This document shows positions 50,586 through 61,685 of a stretch of 64,000 nt of DNA, in pieces. How positions within the stretch are numbered: position 1 is the first letter of the stretch; each line of letters begins with the position of its first letter. The position numbers and the translations under genes are program-made. The notes under the pieces are model-generated. The model was not told where the DNA came from and searched no databases. It saw only the letters and a program-made list of their open reading frames with translations. The stretch is from the NCBI GenBank assembly GCA_024679065.1, contig JAGIQG010000004.1:21452001-21516000 (forward strand), in the 5' to 3' direction. The stretch is from Sphyrna mokarran (lineage: Eukaryota).

Positions 50586-51539
50586 TTCTATTTCTAATAT
50601 TCTATTCCTTCTTATCAGCCAAGGAAAGAATATTGGGTTCCTTGGTCCACCAAAGTCAGAGCCCTTTGACCTCACTGTGCCATTTTCAGCTTGCACTTCT
50701 AGCAATCTGTAGCACAAAAAAGTTTTTGGAGCTGGATGGTGAGGAAGTCAGCCTAAAACACCTGTGACACCCTCTGCTCGGGCAGATTGTGGGCCATTTT
50801 TGCATTCGTGATGAAAGTTAATTGTTTTTTTTGAAAAGAAGCAAGATTGAAAAACAGAAGTCTCTAGGACGGCACGTCCTTTTTGTTAGTTGTTTATTGA
50901 GTGTATGCTTTGTAATTAAAATCTGCTTGTGATGAACTCATATCTATAGGGGATGAGCTATTAACAAAGGGATCTGACAGTTTCAGGTTGGTGATTTTTA
51001 TTCCAAATGAAAAATCAATATGTTTTCTGGGTTGTACATATTCAGAATGGGGTTGATCTTTCCATCATAATGGAAAATAGGTGTCCTGTTACTTCCTCTC
51101 TCGCCATATCTGTACCATTCCATTTTCCAATCCACTGGTGAATATTTCAACATGATTTGATTGCAGTTCATGACAGCGTTAATGTCCTCAGCCCCTAACC
51201 ACACACTTCAAGTAACTGAGCAGTGTCAGCTGCTGGCTAGTGTTTCGCACATTGTATGGAAAATAGCCTGCAGGAAAAGATGGGAAATAGCCATCTTTCA
51301 GCCCTGTTCGTGTTTTAAAAAAACAACTAACTTTGCGTTGTGTATCTGTGGAGCTGTCGGGGGACACACTGGACATTTAAACCAGTCTCACAGTTACAAG
51401 ATTTTTTATTTTAAAAGCATTCTGTTGTTTGAATTGCTTGCGTCCATATGTTTTTGCTGTAGGTTCCAACTTGCCCCCATCATAATTCTGACACCGAAAT
51501 GGAAAATGCTGGAAAACACTCAACATCTGTATGGACAGA

Positions 51540-51577
51540 AGCAGATGTTTCTGGTCGATTACCTTTTCGTCAGAGCT
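51540..51577 (-). ncRNA. Minimal type I hammerhead ribozyme motif (decayed copy)
   Basis: AGCU CUGACGA AAA GGU AAUCG ACC A GAAAC AUC UGCU. Both core boxes are intact, stems I and II partly intact. Confidence 0.55.
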
Positions 51578-51674
51578 GTGGGGGGAGAATTAGGATGTGA
51601 CGAGACTCAGGCAAATGAAAGGAAGGGGGAACGAGGGGACGGGGCAAAAGAAAACTAAAGAGAGAGAGATCAGA

Positions 51675-51972
51675 ATGGTGGCACAGTGGTTAGCACTGCT
51701 GCCTCACATCTTCAGAGACTGGGTTCAATCCCTGGCTGGGGTCACTGTCTGTATGAAGTCTGCACATTCTCCCCAAGTCTGTGTGGATTTCCTCCGGGTG
51801 CTCTAGTTTCTTCTCACAGTCCAAAGACGTGCTGGTTAGGTGCACTTGCCGTGCTAAATTCACCCTCAGTGTACCTGAACAGATGAAGGAGTGTGGCGAC
51901 CTGGGGATTTTAACAGTAACTTCATTGCAGTGTTAATGTAAGCCTATCATGACACTAATTAATAAACTTTAA
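51675..51972 (+). mobile_element. V-SINE type B, full length
   Basis: atggtggcacagtggttagcactgctgcctcac ... taataaacttt. Confidence 0.92.
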
Positions 51973-52879
51973 AAACTTAAATTCTCCAACCTCGCCCGTG
52001 GCTGGGATTCTCCAGACCCGTTGCTGTGATCTGGTTGAGCGCCAAATTCTCCATTGTCACAAGTAGCGGGGCGGGAGAATCCCTTCCATAGTCTATGACA
52101 GGGTGGGAGGCAGGAGGGATTAAATGCCAAAAGCGATTGTGTTGCAAGGCCAAAGGGAGTGTTAATGACACAGATGAGGGAACAAAAGGTGTTCCCAGGT
52201 GGAGGTGATGGATGGTGTGATCATGAATAACATCCAGTCAACAGCAAAGGGGGAGGTGGATATGAGAGAGAGTAACCAAAACTTTGTAAGGACCGGAAAC
52301 AAAGTGGGGGCAGAGGTTATAATATGGGACCGTTGATCTCATTATTGAATCCAGAAAGCTGCAAAGTGCCCTACTGAAAGATGAGGTTCTGTTTCACGAG
52401 CTTAGGTTGAGCTTCACTGCAACGCAGCAGGAAGTGGGGAATAAAAAGATCAAAGTGGGGGCAAGGTGGAAAAATCGAATGTGAAGCAGATTGTTACACT
52501 TGCCTTTTATGCAATGCATCTCGATATGATCTTAAAATGAACCTTCCCAAAATTTCCTCCAAAGTAATCTGAGCATTCATTGCACAACATAAAATTCAGC
52601 CTCTGTGTCTATCTTCTTTCTTGAAAGACTCTGGCGTGGGACAGAAAAGGGCTGCCGTACTCGTGATTTTTTTTATTATTAAGCAGTCCCCTCTTTTGTT
52701 GCCACTTTTATACCTCCAAGTTCTGCAACACATGCTCAGAATCTTACAGTGAAGGCAAATGATGTTCTCCTTTCAACAACTAACCAGATGGAAGCCTGTG
52801 AGAGGAACCAGAGATGACTCATCTTTTAATTTTATTTTCCTCAATGCTGCCCCATATCTACTTGTTACATTCATGTGTT

Positions 52880-53048
52880 TCATAGAATTCCTGCGTGCAG
52901 AAAGAGGCCATTTGGCCCATCAAGTCTGCACCGACCGCAATCTCGCCCAGGCCTATTCCCATAACCCCATATTTTTACTCTGCTAACCCTCTGCCACTAA
53001 GGTCAATTTAGCATGGCCAGTCAACCTAACCCGCACACCTTTGGACTG
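52880..53048 (-). mobile_element. Head-less type A SINE
   Basis: Homology ends at cacacctttggactg, as in 23876-24056. Confidence 0.85.
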
Positions 53049-53304
53049 AGTGTTTAAAATTTCCTCTCCTCTATTGCGGTTGATTTTATGTTAATCCTTT
53101 CAGCCCTGGCGTGCAGTCTCTCATTTGTTGAGATGAGTTTTGTTTATGATCCACCTCCAGCTCACATTCCACACAGATGAAAAGATCCTATCGGAAATAA
53201 GGACTTTGAGCTCCAACAGATGCCATTTTCCTTCTTGGTTTTGTGCGTGTTTCATGTCCCGATGAAAGCCTTCAGGTTGGCTGGATTTGTGAGTGGAGAG
53301 ATAT

Positions 53305-53425
53305 AAACCAAAGAACGCCGGAAACCTGAAATAGCAACATCTGGAAATGCAAGGGCATCTGCGGCAAGAAAAGATCGCTTCATCTACAGGCTGTGCATTT
53401 CCAGCATTTTCTGTTTTTGTTTCCC
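53305..53425. mobile_element. Short Penelope-like fold-back remnant
   Basis: Inverted arms ctggaaatgca..catctgcgg and ctacaggctgtgcatttccag. Confidence 0.55.
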
Positions 53426-54507
53426 ATTCACAGGGACCTGCTGGAAAATGACTCATTTGGTTTGATCTCACAGTTTCTGAATTGTAGTCAGTTAGCTCAT
53501 TCCATTATGGAATTTGCTGGCAGACCTGTATTATTCAAAGTTACGTGCCAAAGTTCGTAACATGAATTCAACCTTAAGTCGACAGCTTCCCAAATTAATT
53601 AAATACCTCAATATTAAAAAAAAAGCCAATTTATCCCACACTCGTGAATGTTGCCTCTCATCAGGTTATTTGGTTTGGGTGTTTTGATGAAATTCCATTT
53701 GGTGTGCTTAAACTTGTTTTTGTCCTTTGAAATTTTCCAACATGTCTGATTAAGTCAGCTGAAAATGATCTGACCCAGAAGAACTGCAGATAATGCAGGT
53801 ACTCTGTGAATTAATGGTAGGACAATTAGTCAACACAGTGATAAAATTAGATCACTTAAAAATATTGATGCAAAAGAGGACAACTGCCTTCCTTTGGGCA
53901 TTCTCATCATATGTTAAGATGCTTGACTTTGACCAAGTACTTCAAAGAAATAATCAACAGTGTCCAGTCACTTCATTTTTCTGCCCCTGCTCTTCTTTCA
54001 CATTTTCTCCTCCCATCCTCACCAACCTACCCCACCCCCCTCACCCACCCTGATAATTTGGCTTGCTGTTCGCAACAACCTTTAAAATCTTACCCTCGTT
54101 TCAATTTTTGATACAGAAAAGGTGGCTAAAGGTCCAAAAAATATCAGACAATGGGTGAGATTCTAACTGATTCAAAATCCACTCATTTGCAAAGAGCTAA
54201 AATCAGGCCAAAGCTTTTTAAATAGATTTTTCGTCAAGTTTTGGATTTCTTTCAAGAATTCAGTTCGTAATTTAGCAAAAATATTTTCAGTTTTTTTTGT
54301 GCTGAAGTTTTTTTTGGGCTGTGGAATGATTTCATTCCGCATGCTTGGCAGTATTTAGCATTCCCAGGCCAGGTATAACAGAGTCAGATAAAGATTAAAC
54401 CTCCTGCTATGAAGCTTCAATACTTTACCTCATCCCAACCACAGAAGTGAATATTGTGCCGCACCAGTGCGAGATTTATTCCACATCCAACACCTCTTAG
54501 AAACTTT

Positions 54508-54660
54508 TTGGGTGGAATTTTCCTGTCCTGCCCACCACAGGAATTGTAGTGGGCAGGACAGAAAATTTGGCAGGTTGTGCAAAGATCTGTTAATCTTAGG
54601 TGGGAATTGCTAGTCTTGGGGTATTGGGCAGCTGGAAGCTCCCTCCCTTTAAGTGAATTT
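54508..54660. mobile_element. Harbinger-like MITE
   Basis: gggtggaattttcctgtcctgcccaccacaggaattgtagtgggcaggacagaaaattt, with a strong internal hairpin. Confidence 0.7.
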
Positions 54661-54750
54661 GCCAATTCATACCGTATCAGGGACAATTATGCTTTTGGTC
54701 CCATCTGTATTCAGAACTGATTTGAGGCTGACCAGATAGCACAGTGTGTG

Positions 54751-55092
54751 CATGGTGGCACAGTGGGTAGCACAGTAGGTGCAACAGTGGCACTGTGAGG
54801 CAGCAGTGCAGGGGACCCGAATTCAATGCTAGCCTTGGGTAATGTGCGAAATTTGGACGTTTTCCCCATGTCTGCATGGGTTTCTTCTGGGTGCTCCAGT
54901 TTCCTTCCACAGTTCAAAGATGTGCAGACTAGGTTGATTGTCCATGCTGAATTATTCCTTAGTGTCAGGAGGCTAAGGAGGTTAAATTTGTGGGAGTATG
55001 GGGATAGTGCGTGGGTGAGATTGTTGTTAGTGCAGGTTTGATGGACTGAATGGCCTCCTGCACGACACTTGTAGGGATTCGATGATTCTATG
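54751..55092 (+). mobile_element. V-SINE type A with a rearranged head
   Basis: Core and tail gggattcgatgattctatga are normal. Head has a duplication and a micro-inversion. Confidence 0.88.
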
Positions 55093-55522
55093 AAACCCAT
55101 TTCATTTGGAGCTTTTGCAGCCAGCAATGATTTTCACTCATCTGAACCAGTTTTGAATCCATGTTGCAGGAGGTGAAATGCTAATATCTTCCTGCTGCAG
55201 CATCAAGATAGCTTTCCAATTAGCAATCTGAAAGCTGGCCATCTTTCCTATTGCTTTTTTAAGTCATACTGCTTATGGTGAGACATAAGCTGAAAATACA
55301 CTGAGAGTTTAGCTTCAGCGTAAGGTTGTTTTGGGTTCCAATCAGATGAAAAGTTGCAGCATAGTTCTGAAGGCTGTCAAGCACACAAATGCCATGAGAT
55401 GAGAAGACTAACTCTTACTCTTTGAGTTTGAAGCTATAACTAAGGCCAGAGACATTTGATTATGCTCACCTTTTTTAATTTGAAAGTTAATTTCTAAACT
55501 TAATTTATAATTCATACTTGTA

Positions 55523-56595
55523 GGACTGGATTTTCACTGTATCTGAGTAATTCAAGGTCCCTTTAAAAATCATGATGAGGACTGGATTCCTGACTCCTTT
55601 CCCCTGTTTTCCAATTTCTTGGAGTTGGTTGGGGCCGGGTCAAAGTCTTGTCCCCTGCAGTCTTGACATGGCCTGCTTCATTTCAGGGGACAGCCATGTG
55701 CCAGTCCCCTGCAATTTTCATGGCTTGGGCAAGGATTTCAATGTGTTGTGGTTCATTGCACCTCAGAGACAACTTGAGCCACAACTGCATGCGTGGACCT
55801 TTTAAAGGTAAGTTTAAGAGAACCTCCCCACGCCAAGGTATGCCCCGTCCCCAAATCAACCCTATTGGAAGCTATTGCTTCCATACCGAGCAATGTAACT
55901 AGCGCCTTGTGCCCCCCTCTACCAAACTATATCCCTGCACACGCCCTCATGTCCCCTCTGCCAAGCCATTTCCATATCCATTGACTGACTATACCATAAC
56001 GAATCAATGAATCAAGGACATGTTAAAAATCCGGTTTTAAAAAAAGACATTCATTAATAACTTTCCACTATGTTAAAAAAAAAGTCATTTTACTATTGGG
56101 TAATAAAAGTGTCAATCATCCAGATGTTTCAAAGTTTCAATAGCTGAAGCCATAAGCACTTGAAACCTGTGTGAATAAACATTGTGAAACAGAGATCAGA
56201 AAACCTGATCTATCAATCGAGCAATCTTTTCTGAGGCCCAGGTGCTTCAGTATTCTAACGGATATCTGGGTTCTCAGCCAAGCCTCATTGTGGCTGAAAA
56301 TCCAGAAATACGTTAATTTGTAGAAACACCTGAGATGTGAGGGCTGGAGAATCTGTTTTTATATTAACTGGGATGGAGTGCAACTGCATTGAGATGAGCC
56401 TTTTAAAAAAACGCCCTCAAGCACCGGGCAGGCCCTGTAGCTGCATCCGACCTTTTTCCCAGGTCAGCTGGCCTGGCTCCAGGCCACAACTAACCCCGAC
56501 AATGAAATCCCTCTTCCTGCGGGAAATTTCTCTGAAAAGCCAAGCTGGAAATTTTCCCGATTCCCACTACAAGCCTTGAGGACGAAAATCCAGGA
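55523..56595. mobile_element. ~1.07-kb non-autonomous DNA transposon (TIR-bounded)
   Basis: ggactggattttc at 55523 and gaaaatccagga at 56584 give a 10-bp perfect inverted match. No transposase ORF. Confidence 0.55.
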
Positions 56596-56819
56596 TATGT
56601 TATTATTGTTAATTTGAGATGTGACCATTGGATGTTTAATCTTGATTTTTTTTGAATTTTAATCTAATTACATTTTCTTGCTATTCTGCACTTTAGCCGA
56701 GGTTGTGGGCAGCTGCAGCGAGGCATTTCCCAGCAACAACACAAAGACCTGATGTGAGAGTAGATTTTGGTGACCGTTCGTTCACCTTCTCTTCCTTCCC
56801 CATACAGAAACATCCCATT

Positions 56820-57176
56820 TAGAAAATCAAAGAGCACAGAAGAGGCCCTTCGGTCCATCGAGTCAAATGCACTGGCATTTGAGAAACACCTGGATTCCCA
56901 CTTAATCCCATTTACCAACACTTGGCCCTTGGTCTTAATGTTATGACGTCCCAAGTGCTCATCCAGGTACATTTTAAAGGATGTGAGGCAACCCGCCTCC
57001 ACCACATTCCCAGGCAGTGCGTTCCAGACCGTCACCACCCTCTGGTAAAAAAGCTTTTCCTCACATCCCCTATTGACCCCCTTGCCCTTCACCTTGAACT
57101 TTTGTCCCCTAGTAATTGATCTTCAACTAAGGGGAACAGCTGCTTCTCTATCCACTCTGTTCATGATCTTGTACGC
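56820..57176 (-). mobile_element. CR1/HER1 LINE 3' fragment
   Basis: FYQRVVTVWNALPGNVVEAGCLTSFKMYLDEHL, closely related to 16945-17420. Confidence 0.9.
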
Positions 57177-58175
57177 CTCAATACCTGCCTCTTGTTGTAG
57201 GGCCAAAATGAATGACATCAAGAAGTGGGACAACATGAACCCTGTATCCCACCACCACGTGGCACACTGCTTTATCTACGTATGGCACTACTGCTTTTGT
57301 ATCAGTGGATAGGCGAGCAATCTGAGAATGCATTGCCAGCACAAAAGCAACATCTGTTGCAAAATGGCAGGGAGGTTTAAGTCCACCTTTTCTCATGGTA
57401 AGCACAAAATAGATTGCATGTGCCTGCTGAGGTAGTGTCCCCTGTATTGCCATCTTGAAAATATAGAGAACCAGGTCATGTCGTAATAACTTTAAGTTTC
57501 AATTCAGGCCCCAAATTCATAATGTCTTTTAGCATACCCGATTTTCAGAACAAATAGAGTTTCTGCTCATTCACATTTTATGATTTCTGGCTTTCAACCC
57601 AACGAACTTCTGAGAAAAGCAGTTGTGAATTCACACAACTTCTTGATACTCGTAATTTAATTTACCAAGACTGTCTTGTCTGAAGCTTTCGTGAATCCAT
57701 GTGTCAACATTCCATCCCTGAACACCACTAATATATTGCTTCATAAAGTGCCCCCTCCCTACCTTGCACCCCCAATGATCTATTTCTCTGGCCACTGAGC
57801 TCCCCCCCCCCCCCCACCACCCCATGTATAATGCAGTGCTCACTGTCTTCAAGTCTCCAGCCAGCCTTGCTCCTACAAACCCAATAGCACATACATAAAA
57901 CTGATGGAAGAGGCAATCAAAATCTACAGTGCGAAATACCAGCAGAGATATAAAAGTGTTTTAATTGAAACAATGTTGGGTCATCTCCAGTCACTGTATG
58001 GCTCCTCTGATGAAACAATCTGATCATGTCTAAACAGGTTAAATCATCTATGCCGGGGCCTGCTGCAGCTGCTGTTAAGTTCTTCGGAACTAATACTGAG
58101 AAACCTCAAGAATACCTACTTTCTTTTCTCACTGAACAGCTGGAGAGCTTAATGAGCAAAAATCTCAATCAGCTA

Positions 58176-58197
58176 ACCTGACCTGACCTGACCTGAC
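58176..58197. repeat. (ACCTG)4 pentamer repeat
   Basis: acctgacctgacctgacctgac. Confidence 0.85.
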
Positions 58198-59233
58198 TTT
58201 GCATATTGTCCTTAATAAGGACTTACATTAAAGCATTGAAGAAACTGTTCATTCTTTGGGAAGTGGAGGATTGTCATTGTTCTGGGGCCTCCAGTCACTG
58301 CTGTTTGTGATTAAGTTGATGTGTAAAGTTTTGCTGTTTGCTGGATTCGGCCCCTTCACAGCATTGGCACAAAGTGCTCATTCACATTTAGATTAGTCTA
58401 ACAGCTCCAGGGGTCAGTCTAAGGTCAGACTTAGTAATGATGTAAGGAGAGGCATGTCTGGGATTCTTATTTTGAACTGAAACACATACCAGCAAGTATT
58501 GAGAAAGATGCGCCCAGCAAAAAAAGTGTCCCAGACCTGTGGGGTACATTCTTTCTGCTTGATACCTTGAAAGCTTGTATTGGATTTTCTTTTCCCCCCC
58601 CCGAAGTCACTTTCCTCTTTCATGCTCAACTTTTCGAGTGCTGTGTACTAAGCCCGAATCTTGCAGACCAACGTTTTGAGTTGTTGTGTTATTAAGGAGA
58701 AAGTTGCTAGGGCCACAGAATACATTGGAAGAGAAAACACAAATGTTTGTGAAAAAAAATGTGGATGCGCTGCAGCAGTCGGGAGATGTGTGGAGAAGGA
58801 GAGGTGCAGGAGATCAAAAAAAACCGGACTATGCATGAAAGAATCACAGCGTGGAAGCCAGCACTCATTGTCTCTGAGCGCACTCCTGCCAGTCGCACAT
58901 GTCGCTTCACATTTTATTACAATGAAAAGGCGCAAGGAGTCTCACTTCGATAACCGCGAAGCTTATTCTTAAGTTTTTTTTTAAAAGAAGTGGCAGATCG
59001 TCTTTACTTCTGGGAAAGCACGATTATGAAGCAGTTAAAATCCACAAGCAAAGGAAAGCCCCTTTAATAAGCAGTTAATGTTTTGTTCCTCTTTGCAGAG
59101 CAAGCAAGTGGTCACAGTGTAATGTAATCAGACTGACTGAAGGGGAGTCAGGCCTCAGGAATAATATCTCATTTGGGGTTGATGCATAGATATTTTACAG
59201 GCCTGAGCTAAAGATGAAATATGGATGCCAAAC

Positions 59234-59246
59234 TGACCTTTGACCT
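59234..59246 (-). promoter_or_regulatory. Perfect DR1 nuclear-receptor element (AGGTCA-A-AGGTCA)
   Basis: tgacctttgacct in unique sequence about 1 kb upstream of the exon. Motif only, no functional evidence. Confidence 0.4.
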
Positions 59247-60207
59247 TCCTGAGTTACTTCATACAGTATGAGCTTTTGATGATATCAGTATGTGAGGTAC
59301 CTTAGCTCTCTCTCCAAACCTGATTTATTTTTGCCTGCTTTGATCCTGGCTGGAAGAAAAAGCTGGGTTTAAAAAAAAACTGCTTGAAAAAAGAACCGGC
59401 TGAAGGTAGAATGTTACATCAGTGAGGAGCGTCTTATTAAAAATCAATGTAGCACAGCAGGATAAGAGGTGGTAAAATATCTTTTATATGATGGATCCCA
59501 TCAAGAGGTAAATGTTCAAGTCGCCACAGGGACTGGCTATTGGAATCCTACACTTAAACTGAGATTTTAATTTGATTAATTGATGTGGTCCAAAACAGAG
59601 CATGCAGAAAGGATTATAAGATTCTCTTTTTAAAGCACTTTGTGTTTTTTTTATCAAGCCTGGTATCCAGACACCATGGTGAGGTATATTATTACCATGT
59701 GCTCAGGTTGGGGGTTGGGTTCTGGTGGTGGCGTTCTGGGGAAACAGGTTGACTTTGGAACGTCTGCTTGCTTAGGGTGACACCTATAGGACAGATGTGG
59801 AAATGAGTAGACCAGCCAAACAATTGTGTGGTGCACCTCCCATTTCCAAAGAAAGCCTTGTGGTATTCAGCTTAATTTGAGTACGTTTCAAACCATCCCC
59901 TTGCCCAATGCCGTTCTGTAAATTTCTACAGCACACTTAAGTGCAACTACTTCACTGCGTCATTCATATAACGTCAGTGCAATTTGTGCACATTTGAATT
60001 CAAGCTTCCTGGTTCAGACACCACCAGCAAGTTGGACACTGTGCAGGGCAATCCCAAATACAGTTGCAGCATTTGAGGATGAGACCTTGCGCAATCTATG
60101 TGAGACATTTTCCATTCTGGACATCGTCTGGCTTGCTGTTGTCTTCAGGTTGCCCACTTGGAAGTGCACTGCATTTTAAAAAAAGTTACGTTTTTCTTTT
60201 CTTCTAG

Positions 60208-60288
60208 ATGAAGCAAACGAAGATGTGGAGGGTCCTAATGAGTCCATCCAAGAAGCAGAAGATTCTACCAAAGACAAAGACGGTGGGG
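60208..60288 (+). CDS. zfhx3: Internal coding exon (81 bp, phase 1-1) of zinc finger homeobox 3 (ZFHX3/ATBF1)
   Basis: Acceptor tttttcttttcttctAG ends at 60207 and donor G|GTGAGA starts at 60289. The open frame (D)EANEDVEGPNESIQEAEDSTKDKDGG aligns without gaps (about 14/27 identical) to human ZFHX3 [27 protein letters not shown], recalled from memory. Confidence 0.85.
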
Positions 60289-60315
60289 GTGAGAAGGAAC
60301 CCAGTAAAGAAACAG
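60289..60315 (+). CDS. zfhx3: In-frame 27-nt exon extension via an alternative 5' splice donor (adds GEKEPSKET)
   Basis: Frame stays open to CAG|GTAGAG at 60315/60316. Same phase as the upstream donor, giving a 108-bp exon. Confidence 0.6.
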
Positions 60316-60543
60316 GTAGAGCAACACAAGCTACTTATTGTTCAACTTAAATATTTCCCTACTTAATTCAGGGATTGTTGGAAACCTTGAACAGGAAGTG
60401 GCCCAATGATCCAAATGATGTCAATACACTCTGACAAATATAGAACGGTGACCATCTAAAAACACATGAGGCAGCCACCTAAGAGTATTTTGTCACTTGC
60501 TTTGGTTTGCTTTCTGTGTAGCAGCTCTTTACATCTTTTAAAA

Positions 60544-60870
60544 ATTTATTCTTTCAAGTGGCTGTGGGCATCACTGGCTGGGCCAGCATTTATCGCCCAT
60601 CCCAATTGTCCTTGAACTGAGTGACTTGTTCAGCCATTTCAGAGGGCAGGTCATTCACATTGCTGTGGATTTGGAACCAGATCAGGATGGCAGAATTCTT
60701 TCTCTAAAGGACATCAGTGAACCAGGCAGGTGTTTTTTTTCAAAAATCTGACAATCAACAGTGGCTTCATGGTAACCATTACTGAGACTAGCTTTTAATT
60801 CCAGATTTTATTAATTGAATTTAAATTCCACCATCTGTCACATGAGATGTGAACTCATGTATTCTAAGAT
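60544..60870 (-). mobile_element. tRNA-SINE type C
   Basis: gtgggcatcactggctgggccagcatttatcgcccat...aaattccaccatctg. Confidence 0.85.
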
Positions 60871-61186
60871 TTGCATGGGCACAGAGCATGGCAGAGGAGG
60901 TTCAAATGGAAGCCAAGATCATAAGTATATTTAAAGCGATGTGAAGCTATATGGATTGAACTGTGTCTACATTTGATCTCCTGAAAGAAGCAGAGGAATA
61001 AGTTGGTATGGCTGAAAAAAACTTAGGCCTGTACTTGCAGGTTAAGGGGACTTGGATGCAACACTTTTTGCCCAATTTTCTCAGTCTTGTAGCTTATACC
61101 ATACTATTCTTTATCATGTGAACATTAATTTGTTAGGTTGTTGGATGGCAATATGATATTGCACTCTTAGAACTATAGAAAAGTCA

Positions 61187-61418
61187 CCTAATAAGCCTTC
61201 AGAGACAGAAATTGCTTCAACAAAATCCCCTTATTTACAATTCCAACAGCAGTACACAGAGTGCTATCAGTCAACAGTCAATCTTTGGGAACACCAGAGG
61301 AACTAGTACTCCCAGTTAAATACAAGGAAAAGACCTCCTGATTGGCCCAATTGACTCCTTAATCAGGGAGTTCACATTCCAATAGGCCAACTTTAGTAGC
61401 TTGATTGAAGTCATTACA
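61187..61418 (-). mobile_element. Solo LTR-like element, same family as 1100-1363
   Basis: Minus strand begins TGTAATGACTTCAATC and has CCAAT and TATTTAA motifs. Collinear with 1100-1363. Confidence 0.6.
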
Positions 61419-61685
61419 AGTTACAAAGCAGAATGAGATCTTTCAGTCCATCATATCTGCACTGGCCCAAAAAGAGAGATTGATTGATTTTAGTCCCACT
61501 TTGCAATATTTGATCCTTAGCCTTACACTTTAGGTGTAGATAATTTGTCTCTTTGAATGAATGGAGCCGTGTCCTGTAGGTTTATCCCATGAGCTGAGAT
61601 GTATAAAAGCCTCAGAGAAAGGCACTCTGCAACTTTCATTGTGCTGCAGTTAGGAATTGGTATTTCCGAACATTATTCTTAATTA

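Larger units (their letters stand above)
51495..52470 (-). mobile_element. Penelope-like element 3' end (GIY-YIG C-terminus plus terminal repeat), interrupted by a SINE and a MITE
   Basis: Minus-strand 52330-52432 translates CSEAQPKLVKQNLIFQ*GTLQLSGFNNE, resembling the PLE consensus RKLEEQHLIFRLGTLQPxGLN. Hammerhead motif at 51540-51577. Confidence 0.75.
1..60207 (+). other. zfhx3: Probable large zfhx3 intron upstream of the 81-bp exon
   Basis: No other ZFHX3-like coding exon (C2H2 finger, homeodomain) found in 60 kb. Content is decayed repeats plus unique non-coding blocks. Inferred from the exon call. Confidence 0.6.

Noticed and set aside
58661-58972. Cys/Lys/Arg-rich 103-aa ORF as a zinc-finger exon
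   Set aside because: No C2H2 spacing, no ATG start and no convincing splice sites. Better explained as non-coding.
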